Source of the DNA: an uncultured virus (IMG/VR IMGVR_UViG_3300031419_000541)
Taxonomy: Duplodnaviria > Heunggongvirae > Uroviricota > Caudoviricetes
Reading direction: 5' to 3' (one strand)
Length of the DNA: 64,000 nt
Virus record (IMG/VR): IMGVR_UViG_3300031419_000541
Shown here: positions 50,231 through 59,014 of the stretch, piece after piece
How the letters are laid out: every line of letters starts with the position of its first letter
Position numbering within the stretch: position 1 is the stretch's first letter
Program-made: the position numbers and the translations under genes
Notes under the pieces: model-generated
Databases searched by the model: none
What the model was told of the DNA's origin: nothing
Seen by the model: the letters and a program-made list of their open reading frames with translations, nothing else

Positions 50231-51394
50231 CTATAATCTTTTTAAAGTTTTAGCAGCAGAAGACTGGGATAAATTATTTTTAAGAGTTTGTTTTTCAATC
50301 ATAAGCCAGAATGCAGTAACCGTATCTTCGTTGAGATAAAGGTTTTTATTAAATAGTTGCGCTTCAAAATCATTGCGGGATTCCATGCCATTAATATCAA
50401 AACCAGAGATATGCATAATTTTCATAATAGTATCAAATTTTTCATGACAAACACGGGCATTACATTGAAAAAAATTATCAAATTTATCAATTTGCTCAGT
50501 GGTTTTTAAGTCAATATGAATATTATTATCAAAAAAATAATCCGTGATTCCGGGATATTTATCAGATAACAAATAACCTGTGATACTGTTTAACAAATTA
50601 TCCGAAGTATGTCGCTGCTCAATAAAAATTTTTAATGGAAAACCATTAGATTCAATAAATTCAAGCAGTTCTTTTGATTTATAAAACGCAGATAATAATT
50701 TATTTTCAATGGTCATCCATTCAAAAAGATTTTGCTTACTTAAATCAAGATTACTTTTATCTAAAATAGCCAGATAGTCTGAAATTGAAAATTCTGTCCT
50801 TTTTGAAGCAAAAAATAATTTTTCATAAGCTTTTTCGAGATCAAAATCTGTGTTGTTTTTATGAATAAGGTTAAGTATAACAAATGTGTCAGAAAGATTA
50901 TCACGTGTAAGGTTTTCATAAAGAAAATGTCGTTCGCTGGCAGGAAAGCCACGAGAAATAAGGTGTTCAATCATTTGACTATTTTTATGTAAACAGCAGG
51001 TATCATAAAAATTGCCGGAATTTAAAAACACTGCTGGATAGCTTTTATGAGTAATTAAATAGTCTACAACATCAGATCGATTATTTTCGTATAATGTTGA
51101 AAGGATGTCATTACAGACCATAGTTTGATTATATTTACTGACATCAAGATTAAGGCCCGCACTATAAATTGCATTTATATATGGCTTATAATTATCAGAT
51201 TGAAACTTGATAATGTTCATAACTAAAGGATAAAGAAACCTGAAAGATTCTGTTTCAATATCTTCTTTGTAATAACGTAACAGTTTACCTAAAACATGAG
51301 GCATTCCAGAATCAATAACTTCCTGTAAAATATGCTGAACATTTTCGGGTTTATTTTCAATTTGATTACGATAGTATTCAAAATTCTGGGTCAT
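50231..51394 (-). CDS. hypothetical protein, family C, with C-terminal tag
   Basis: YKPYINAIY..DVVDYLITHKSYP resembles 46964 ORF; ends LKRL. Confidence 0.85.
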   Translation of the reverse strand: MTQNFEYYRNQIENKPENVQHILQEVIDSGMPHVLGKLLRYYKEDIETESFRFLYPLVMNIIKFQSDNYKPYINAIYSAGLNLDVSKYNQTMVCNDILSTLYENNRSDVVDYLITHKSYPAVFLNSGNFYDTCCLHKNSQMIEHLISRGFPASERHFLYENLTRDNLSDTFVILNLIHKNNTDFDLEKAYEKLFFASKRTEFSISDYLAILDKSNLDLSKQNLFEWMTIENKLLSAFYKSKELLEFIESNGFPLKIFIEQRHTSDNLLNSITGYLLSDKYPGITDYFFDNNIHIDLKTTEQIDKFDNFFQCNARVCHEKFDTIMKIMHISGFDINGMESRNDFEAQLFNKNLYLNEDTVTAFWLMIEKQTLKNNLSQSSAAKTLKRL

Positions 51395-51396
51395 AA

Positions 51397-52263
51397 TTAT
51401 AACCTGTTTTTTAAAGCAGGTGCTGCTTTTTTATTAAATGTTTGGTTGAGATAAATATTCTCAATCGTGGTTACGCATTCTTCAGAGATTTTACCTTTTC
51501 CCAGTCGGGAGTGAAGTAATTCTATTAAAGTTTCATTATCTTTGTTTTTATAAGAAAAATCAATATCATGTTTAGATAATACCTTATTGAGAATCTTATT
51601 CTGCCATGCTTTATTATCTTTTGTGGCAACCTGATTAAAAAAATGCTGTAAGAAATTATTGTCAGTATTATGGTGAAATTTTATATTTGGATTAAAATTA
51701 TACTTTAAACTGGTATCAAGAATTTCTTCATAAATGTTTTGTCTGTGACCGAAATTACGCAACCAATACATGCAGACATGATTTTCATCAAGATACGTGT
51801 TAATATCTGCACCTAAATCCAGTAAGAAAATTGTTTTATCATTAATAAATTTACTGATTTTATTTTCTTTGAGATTTGGTTTGGGAAGATTGCGCTTAAC
51901 AAAATGAGCAAAATTACTGGGAACGGTTTTTAAATCAGTAGGTGAGTTAAGCGTTGTTGTACCTGCCTGTGCCATTTTTTTTAAAGTAGATAGCTTGCCA
52001 TCAAAAATAGCCGTAGTCCAGGGCGATCTGGCATTAGCCGGTGTTTTACTTTCGTCAGAATATTTGACCATTAAAGAAAATGCTTTATCTCCATAATGGA
52101 GAAGACTAAATGCTAAAAGGGTATAGTTAGCGTCATTGACAATAACTTCAGAAGGATTTATTTTATTATCTTTAAGTATTTGTTCAACTTCGCCATAAGC
52201 TTCTTTACTGTTTTCTTCAAAGAGCTTAAAGATTTGAGAAATTATTTCATTATCAATATTCAT
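51397..52263 (-). CDS. ankyrin-like protein, family A, with C-terminal tag
   Basis: KYSDESKTP..SPW, GADIN and IDFSYKNK shared with 43417 ORF; ends KNRL. Confidence 0.85.
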   Translation of the reverse strand: MNIDNEIISQIFKLFEENSKEAYGEVEQILKDNKINPSEVIVNDANYTLLAFSLLHYGDKAFSLMVKYSDESKTPANARSPWTTAIFDGKLSTLKKMAQAGTTTLNSPTDLKTVPSNFAHFVKRNLPKPNLKENKISKFINDKTIFLLDLGADINTYLDENHVCMYWLRNFGHRQNIYEEILDTSLKYNFNPNIKFHHNTDNNFLQHFFNQVATKDNKAWQNKILNKVLSKHDIDFSYKNKDNETLIELLHSRLGKGKISEECVTTIENIYLNQTFNKKAAPALKNRL

Positions 52264-52340
52264 ATTTTAAATCCGATTATTTTATTTATTATTATAACAT
52301 AGTTATATTATATTGAAAATGTGAGTCATTCATATTTTTA

Positions 52341-52386
52341 TTTATCAAATAAATAAAGCCTCCTCCTTCTTGATAAGGTAAGTCAA
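52341..52386 (+). mobile_element. highly degenerate IS200/IS605-type end remnant
   Basis: tttatcaaataaaTAAAGCCTCCTCCTT...ggtaagTCAA; core shared with 43388-43402. Confidence 0.4.
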
Positions 52387-53321
52387 AGGCGATTAACTTG
52401 AAGCTTTGAAGAAGAACTGTTTATTTGGTTAAGCAAAGATTTTTCAATAACAGTGCGAGTTTTATCCTTTATTTTGTATTTTTCAAGGAAATCAGAAATG
52501 GTCTGCTCTTTTTTATTTTTATATGTTGTATCAATAGGTAAATATGAAAGAAGAATATCAACTGAATTATCAGCTTGAGTCAGGTTATTTTTAATCAGAT
52601 ATTGTAAGTAATTATCACCCGTTTTTTTATCATAAACAAGATTGTAATTAAAACCATGTTCAAGATAAAGACAAAGAACATTTAAATATTGTGAAGACGA
52701 TAAATATGCAGCATTGTCCAGAACAGGGAAAACACAATGAGTATCATTTCCTGAAATATCATTGAAAAAAGAATTAGGGTTTGCTCCTGCTTTCAATAAA
52801 GCAGTGAGAGGGCCTTTAATAAATTTTTCTAATTTTTCAGTAGTAATGACATAAGGTTTTTCGCCTCTATAAGGGTTTTTCTTCTTATTTTCATCATAAT
52901 ATAAAGAAGTCATGATTCCCAACGGTTCGCCATTTCTGAATCCATTAGACTTGCTATAATCATTAATGCCGTCAGTTCCTTTTTCACTTAATTTAGTAAT
53001 TAATTTAGCATTACAACTTGTTGCGGCTCCAACCCAGGGCGAATGCAAAGAATCAGGCATTTTGTTTATATCAACATAAGGCAACAAGGGGGGAATAATT
53101 TCTTTGTAATAATAATGTTGTACAAAAAGGAAACCGAATAACGAATGTGAGGCAACAGACGAAACCTGACAGAGATTAATATTATTCTCTTTCAGATAAG
53201 TGGTTAGTTTTTGAAGCGATGCTTTTTTTTGTTCTTTTGTGATCTCTTTATTTTTACTGTGCAAATCATCACTGATCAATGTCAGCATTTCATCTGAAAT
53301 TTCGTGTATTTCATTGTTCAT
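52383..53321 (-). CDS. ankyrin-like protein, family A, with C-terminal tag
   Basis: SPW, GANPN, DNYLQY, IDTTYKNK; ends VNRL. Confidence 0.85.
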   Translation of the reverse strand: MNNEIHEISDEMLTLISDDLHSKNKEITKEQKKASLQKLTTYLKENNINLCQVSSVASHSLFGFLFVQHYYYKEIIPPLLPYVDINKMPDSLHSPWVGAATSCNAKLITKLSEKGTDGINDYSKSNGFRNGEPLGIMTSLYYDENKKKNPYRGEKPYVITTEKLEKFIKGPLTALLKAGANPNSFFNDISGNDTHCVFPVLDNAAYLSSSQYLNVLCLYLEHGFNYNLVYDKKTGDNYLQYLIKNNLTQADNSVDILLSYLPIDTTYKNKKEQTISDFLEKYKIKDKTRTVIEKSLLNQINSSSSKLQVNRL

Positions 53322-53378
53322 ATAATTTCTCCATTTATAGGTTAATTATATACCTAATGGAATAATTAATCTACTTTC

Positions 53379-54578
53379 TTAAATACGAGATTTATCACGG
53401 GATTGTAACGGCACAGATTTCATGCTTTTATTTAATATACACTTTTCTTTATCCACACACATTAATTCATAGTTATCCAGAGCTTGTGAAAAAATAAAAA
53501 ACAGACTTTTTTTGTCAGTCATATCATTACGAACAACTTCTATAAAAGGAATACTCAATTGATAACTACAAAGGTGAGAATTAAATAACATTTTAAGAAA
53601 ATCAAAATCATTGAATTTTATCATCTTGTTCAAGAAATGTTTTAATGACTCAGTATTAGTATGACAGAGGAAAAGAACATTGATATGTTGAATAAATAAA
53701 TCAAAGTGAGATTCTTCATTTAAAGAAAAATCAGGATATAAATAAAATAATGCTTTACTGTATTTTACAGATAATTTGTCCAGTAATAAAAGATAATTAG
53801 AGTCATTATTGATGTCAAATTTTTCAAGCTGTTGACTTAAATGGAGTGAAAAAAGGTAGCATAATAAATATTTGTTATTATATTCATCGGGTTCTTCTTC
53901 ATCAAAGAATCCAACCTTAGATAAGGTAATAAGCGCACTTTTAAGCTCATTTATAACTGGTAAAAGGTCAGGGTTATCAGTATCTGGTATTTTTTCAGAC
54001 AGGAAGTTTTCAATTCGTCCAGTTCGTTTTAAGGTATCAGTAAAAAGACCATATTTGTCATGATTAAGTAATTCTATAAGTATGAATTCATCACGAGTAT
54101 TATTAATGATACGAAAAAAAATACCATAAGGAATATGTACATCTGGATATATTGTATTAATATTATTAACAAGTTCTATATAATTCTGAGCCTTATATTT
54201 GTCATTAAAAGAATAAAGTTGTAATATAGAAGTTAGTCTTGACGCATCTTCAGGAAATTTTTGATTATATGCAGGCCAGAATACTTTATCCAAAAAGTTC
54301 ACCGTCTCTGGACAAAAATAGGTTTTCCCTTGATTATTATGACCATCAAATGAAATATATTTAATAAGTATGTCATCGCGTACAACCCGATTAGGCTCCA
54401 TGCGAAGCACTAATTCTGCGATATCAAATGCCTTTTCAGAAATGGCTTTATCAAAAAGAAGAAAAAATTCATTGGAATGCGTATGTTTTTTTAACAGTGA
54501 ATTAAGTCTCTTCCGATAAAGAGGTGAACTGCTTTTCTTTAAGGTAAAAAGGTTTTCTATTTCTTCTTTGATAAGCAT
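53379..54578 (-). CDS. hypothetical protein, family B, with C-terminal tag
   Basis: LFDKAISEKAFDIA..EPNR resembles 44359 and 45638 ORFs; ends KSRI. Confidence 0.85.
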   Translation of the reverse strand: MLIKEEIENLFTLKKSSSPLYRKRLNSLLKKHTHSNEFFLLFDKAISEKAFDIAELVLRMEPNRVVRDDILIKYISFDGHNNQGKTYFCPETVNFLDKVFWPAYNQKFPEDASRLTSILQLYSFNDKYKAQNYIELVNNINTIYPDVHIPYGIFFRIINNTRDEFILIELLNHDKYGLFTDTLKRTGRIENFLSEKIPDTDNPDLLPVINELKSALITLSKVGFFDEEEPDEYNNKYLLCYLFSLHLSQQLEKFDINNDSNYLLLLDKLSVKYSKALFYLYPDFSLNEESHFDLFIQHINVLFLCHTNTESLKHFLNKMIKFNDFDFLKMLFNSHLCSYQLSIPFIEVVRNDMTDKKSLFFIFSQALDNYELMCVDKEKCILNKSMKSVPLQSRDKSRI

Positions 54579-54686
54579 ATTTAATGATCTCTTATTTTTG
54601 CAATACTATATCACATTATAAATAGTGTTTGAACAATTATTTTAAGTAGTGTATGATTTTTTTATTATTGTGTTCAAAGGAAATTT

Positions 54687-55466
54687 ATGAAAAGAGACAT
54701 GCAAAAAATAATGAAATTGTGTGAGCAGATTCTTATTCTATTAGACAAATGTGAAACAGATAACCTTGAAAGCTTAATTGAAGATATAAAAAAATCTGCA
54801 CCGGATTCAATGGATTTGTTTTTAAAAAGTTATGCCAATTCTTTTTCATTTAGTGAAGACTCACGACGAGTAATAATTGTTTTTGATAATATGGAAAAAA
54901 ATGCACAGTTTGTAATGTGTCTATGTAATTATTTATCTAAATGTGTCAATAATAAAGATTATATACTTGCTAATCAATTGGTTGAAAAATATATAACAAT
55001 TAATAATATAGAAAACATAATCGGATTTCTTATTAATGCTTTTTTAGTAGAGGATGTTTTGTATAACAAGGTTATTCGGGATATGTTAATTGAAAAAATT
55101 AAAATTAAATATGGTAAAGAGTTTGAATATAAATATACAAGATTATTAACTGAACATTACATAAATGCTCCTTGCTCATTAACAAATATTATTATTTATT
55201 TGTTTGAAAAACAAAACATGATTAATGAAAAATTATTCAATATAAGTTTTAATCCGCCATTAAAAAAGAAAGATGTTAAACAAAAAAGGGTAGAGATTTT
55301 TCATTCATTTAAAGGCGTGATCAACTATATCGAGCTAATGTCAACTCAGAATGAAGAATATAAAAAAGCTTATCTTGAAATGAACGCTGTGTTAGGAAAA
55401 ATATGGAAAATGGAAATTTCTTCTAATATTAGCATAAAAGGAAATGAGAAAGTTAAAAGGCTTTGA
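54687..55466 (+). CDS. hypothetical protein with C-terminal tag
   Basis: Ends KVKRL. Confidence 0.8.
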   Translation: MKRDMQKIMKLCEQILILLDKCETDNLESLIEDIKKSAPDSMDLFLKSYANSFSFSEDSRRVIIVFDNMEKNAQFVMCLCNYLSKCVNNKDYILANQLVEKYITINNIENIIGFLINAFLVEDVLYNKVIRDMLIEKIKIKYGKEFEYKYTRLLTEHYINAPCSLTNIIIYLFEKQNMINEKLFNISFNPPLKKKDVKQKRVEIFHSFKGVINYIELMSTQNEEYKKAYLEMNAVLGKIWKMEISSNISIKGNEKVKRL

Positions 55467-55489
55467 TCAACAAAGCCTTTTTTAATGAA

Positions 55490-55945
55490 TCAAACACTTA
55501 AAAGATCGCGAATAAAGCCACAAGGCCAGCCTTTATCAACAAAATCAAGAGCAAGTTCCTGACTCATAAAACGTTGTCCATAAACACCATTATTGTGTCC
55601 GAGAAGAACAACAATATAACTTCCCTTTGAAAGATCATCATTCGCAAAATAACGGTTCCTTTCTCGCTTAAAACCTACTGGAATGAAATAACGGTTATCA
55701 GAAGTTTGAAAGGCTATAGGGAAAAGACAATTCTGTTGAATGACGGAGTGTTTTTCCCTGTCAGGAATTTCCATAAAACCGATAAAGTTAAAGCGTGACA
55801 TGTGTTGATTCACATAAGCCATCTTTTCTTCACATAACAACACATTGGCATGTAGGCAAAGTTTAATTTCTGCGAGAGCAAGAGCAATGCAGTTTTGCAT
55901 TTTCTGTTCAGATAAGGTTAAAAGTTGTTGCTCAGATAAAATCAT
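55490..55945 (-). CDS. hypothetical protein
   Basis: 151 aa ORF. Confidence 0.7.
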   Translation of the reverse strand: MILSEQQLLTLSEQKMQNCIALALAEIKLCLHANVLLCEEKMAYVNQHMSRFNFIGFMEIPDREKHSVIQQNCLFPIAFQTSDNRYFIPVGFKRERNRYFANDDLSKGSYIVVLLGHNNGVYGQRFMSQELALDFVDKGWPCGFIRDLLSV

Positions 55946-56095
55946 AATAATGCTTCCATAAGATTAGAATAACGAATAAATTCTATTGTAGCCAATTAAC
56001 CAGAAAGCTTCAATTAAAGAAATCAATCTCTATGATAGAAATTTTGATACATTGAAAAAACAGGATACAATATAGAATATAATAAAGAGGTTATT

Positions 56096-57895
56096 ATGAA
56101 CAAGCTATTAAAAAAATACATAGACACAAATCGCTTTGGTAATCCGTTACACAGATTAACTACTTTTATGTTTTTTAGAAATTATGACTGGGACGATTTT
56201 TTTAAAAAAGCAGATAATATCTATTATGCATTTAAAAAACTGCCTTCAAATTCATTTATTGAACTTTTAGAGAAAGCGCCTCATGCAGAAATAAAAAGTT
56301 TTTTAGAACAAAATACACTTATTTATAAAAAAATACTCATAGATTTATTGAACGAAAATAATATTGCAGTTGCAAAATATCTTCAAAGCAAGGCAAATTA
56401 TCCTTACTTACAAATGAAAGATATTCCTGATTTTAACAGTCAGGAAGCGAATGAAGAACCGCTTGCATTAGCAATTATGACTAAAAATAAAAATTTTTAT
56501 GAAATACTGGCTTCTCCTTTTTATGATAGTGAAGGGAAAGAATCTATCAGAAAGAGAACAGAAATACTGTTTCATTTCATTAGAAATATCGATATCGAAG
56601 GTGTAAAGTTTTCACTTGATAATAAAATAGGAAAGTATTACACAAACAATCCTGTGAGAGGTAAAACCAAAAATACCGTTTTGTCAGAAGCATTTAAAAA
56701 TACGGACAGAGATTTTTATGAAAAAAATAAAGAAAAAATTAATGAAATTTTCAGGTTGCTTTATGAAGATTTTACTGAGAATAAAGTAGACCATAATACA
56801 TATTATTTTAGTAATACTAGAAAATCTAAGGCAGATAACGACAAGAAAATTTGCATTAATGATATATCGCATAATGTATATCCAGAAATAATAAGTGATA
56901 TTCTGTATCATTTTTCACCTATTTACAAAATGGAAAAAAACTTTGAAATAGAAAGCTTTGCAATGAAGTCTCATCTTGTTGATGAAAAAGCATATGATGG
57001 ATATGATCTCTTTGATAAGGATAATAGTTCAGGCGAAGAGATAATATGGGCAATGCTTAAAATGGATTTTGATTCCAGATCAAAAAATAAAAATATAAAG
57101 GAAAGTTATCTTATGTTTCATATTTTATGTGAGATTGAAAAAATAAAGATTGATACAGAGAAAAAAATAAACGTTATCAAATTTCAGGATTTAAATGATT
57201 TTATAAATAAAAGAATGTATCTGATTGAAAAATGTAAAGACACGTCTATTATTCTTAATGATAAAATAACGGTTCAAAAACCAGATAATAAATATATTTC
57301 ATTTAAATTAAATCATCCTACATTATCTTTGATTTTAAATAATAAGAAATATTTTGAGTCTCTTTTTAATAATTCACGAAGAGAATGTATGGATAGATTA
57401 TCAACAGTGGATGTGTATAATTCCGGCGCGTATGATTTATTAAAATCGATACAAGAAGAATATGCTGATAATCCCCATAAATCAATAAGTAAAGTAGAAC
57501 AGATTCGTTATTTCCAAAATGGTGATTCTGGTATACAGCTTTTATTTAAACATGATGAAGATATCATGAAATCGCTAAAAGAAGAATGTACAAAAAATTA
57601 TATTAAATTTATGGTTGAAAAATGGGATTCAGACATTCTTAAGCAATTTAAAATAAGTAATTTTATAAGTACAAATAATTTATCTTTTGATTTTTTCGAG
57701 GATACTGTAAAAACGGTATTTGCTGAAAAATTAGAATCATTTTCAGTAAGAGTATTAAATAATAGCATTTTTTCAAAAGAAATAGAAGAATTTAATTATC
57801 ATGTTGCAGAAGAGTGTGCCATAACATCTAAAAAAATGCTTTCTGATTCCGTAGAAATAGGGAAAATAAAAAAAACGAATACTGTAAGATTATAA
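56096..57895 (+). CDS. hypothetical protein with C-terminal tag
   Basis: 599 aa, GAGG RBS; ends TVRL. Confidence 0.85.
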   Translation: MNKLLKKYIDTNRFGNPLHRLTTFMFFRNYDWDDFFKKADNIYYAFKKLPSNSFIELLEKAPHAEIKSFLEQNTLIYKKILIDLLNENNIAVAKYLQSKANYPYLQMKDIPDFNSQEANEEPLALAIMTKNKNFYEILASPFYDSEGKESIRKRTEILFHFIRNIDIEGVKFSLDNKIGKYYTNNPVRGKTKNTVLSEAFKNTDRDFYEKNKEKINEIFRLLYEDFTENKVDHNTYYFSNTRKSKADNDKKICINDISHNVYPEIISDILYHFSPIYKMEKNFEIESFAMKSHLVDEKAYDGYDLFDKDNSSGEEIIWAMLKMDFDSRSKNKNIKESYLMFHILCEIEKIKIDTEKKINVIKFQDLNDFINKRMYLIEKCKDTSIILNDKITVQKPDNKYISFKLNHPTLSLILNNKKYFESLFNNSRRECMDRLSTVDVYNSGAYDLLKSIQEEYADNPHKSISKVEQIRYFQNGDSGIQLLFKHDEDIMKSLKEECTKNYIKFMVEKWDSDILKQFKISNFISTNNLSFDFFEDTVKTVFAEKLESFSVRVLNNSIFSKEIEEFNYHVAEECAITSKKMLSDSVEIGKIKKTNTVRL

Positions 57896-57910
57896 TAAGT
57901 TAAATCAAAT

Positions 57911-57939
57911 AAAAAGGACTCAATAAAGGAGTCCTTTTT
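57911..57939. terminator. bidirectional terminator
   Basis: AAAAAGGACTC aataaag GAGTCCTTTTT. Confidence 0.75.
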
Positions 57940-57959
57940 TAATACTGGATATATAAAAA

Positions 57960-59006
57960 TTATAATCGATTAATTTGTCGGTTGCCAGAAACAATAGTGG
58001 TATTATTTAATTGTTCTTTATCCAGACAGATATTAATGTAGTTTAGGATTTCTGAGTATTCTTTTTTAAACATAACGTCCCGTTCTGGATAAGAACCTCC
58101 ATGGTCTGATATTATAATATTTTTAAGTTTAGCAAGGGTAGTTGCACTGCATTCATTAAAAATAGGAATGTAATCTTTTTTATATCCCTGAAAATCCTGC
58201 AATATACTCAATATTTGCCAGTCAGAAGGATTATTCTGCTTCATATATGTGTTAAATGCTTCAATGACGTACTGATTATAATGACTACTTCTGTGATGAA
58301 TAAATGTTTCAAGTAAAGTTAGTCTACCATTAGAAATTTTAAATTCCGGTATATTACAAAAATATAATTCGCTTAATGCGTTGTAATATGAAGATGGTGC
58401 TTTCTCTATATCAACAAAATATTGATTAATGAGTTCAAAAAAAGCATCACGAACAGGATTGATATCATAAGCCTGATCCATTGAAATTGAAGTATGATAA
58501 CTTGACATTTTTCCAAGATTAAAATGTGTCAGCTTAGCGAATTGTTTAAAATCGTTAAGGTTATTTTCATTTAAAGCATTAATAATACCCAAAACAATAA
58601 AATCACAAGGATATTGAAGCAAAAAAGAGTTTTGACATTTATTAAAATTAAAGAGATCCATAAGATAAGGTTTTTTACTATTAATTTCATTAAACGTTTT
58701 TATCTTTTCAGCAACATGAGAGATATCAAAACTACTAAATTCATTATAATTATTAACCAAAAAAGAAAATGGATGATATTCATCAGGTAATCCATTTGAA
58801 AAAGTGTGTTCATATTTGTTCATATGATCGATAATTTGATACTTGATATTGATATCAACATTATGATCACTATATAAAAAAATGAAGAAATTATGATAAT
58901 GAATATTTCGCATGAATAAATCCAGATAATACTCAGGATGGTTATAAAAATTTTCAGGCTGATATAATTCTTTAATTGTATCAATATCTATTGAAATGGG
59001 ATCCAT
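57960..59006 (-). CDS. hypothetical protein with C-terminal tag
   Basis: Ends LDKEQLN...INRL. Confidence 0.85.
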   Translation of the reverse strand: MDPISIDIDTIKELYQPENFYNHPEYYLDLFMRNIHYHNFFIFLYSDHNVDINIKYQIIDHMNKYEHTFSNGLPDEYHPFSFLVNNYNEFSSFDISHVAEKIKTFNEINSKKPYLMDLFNFNKCQNSFLLQYPCDFIVLGIINALNENNLNDFKQFAKLTHFNLGKMSSYHTSISMDQAYDINPVRDAFFELINQYFVDIEKAPSSYYNALSELYFCNIPEFKISNGRLTLLETFIHHRSSHYNQYVIEAFNTYMKQNNPSDWQILSILQDFQGYKKDYIPIFNECSATTLAKLKNIIISDHGGSYPERDVMFKKEYSEILNYINICLDKEQLNNTTIVSGNRQINRL

Positions 59007-59014
59007 AATTTTTC

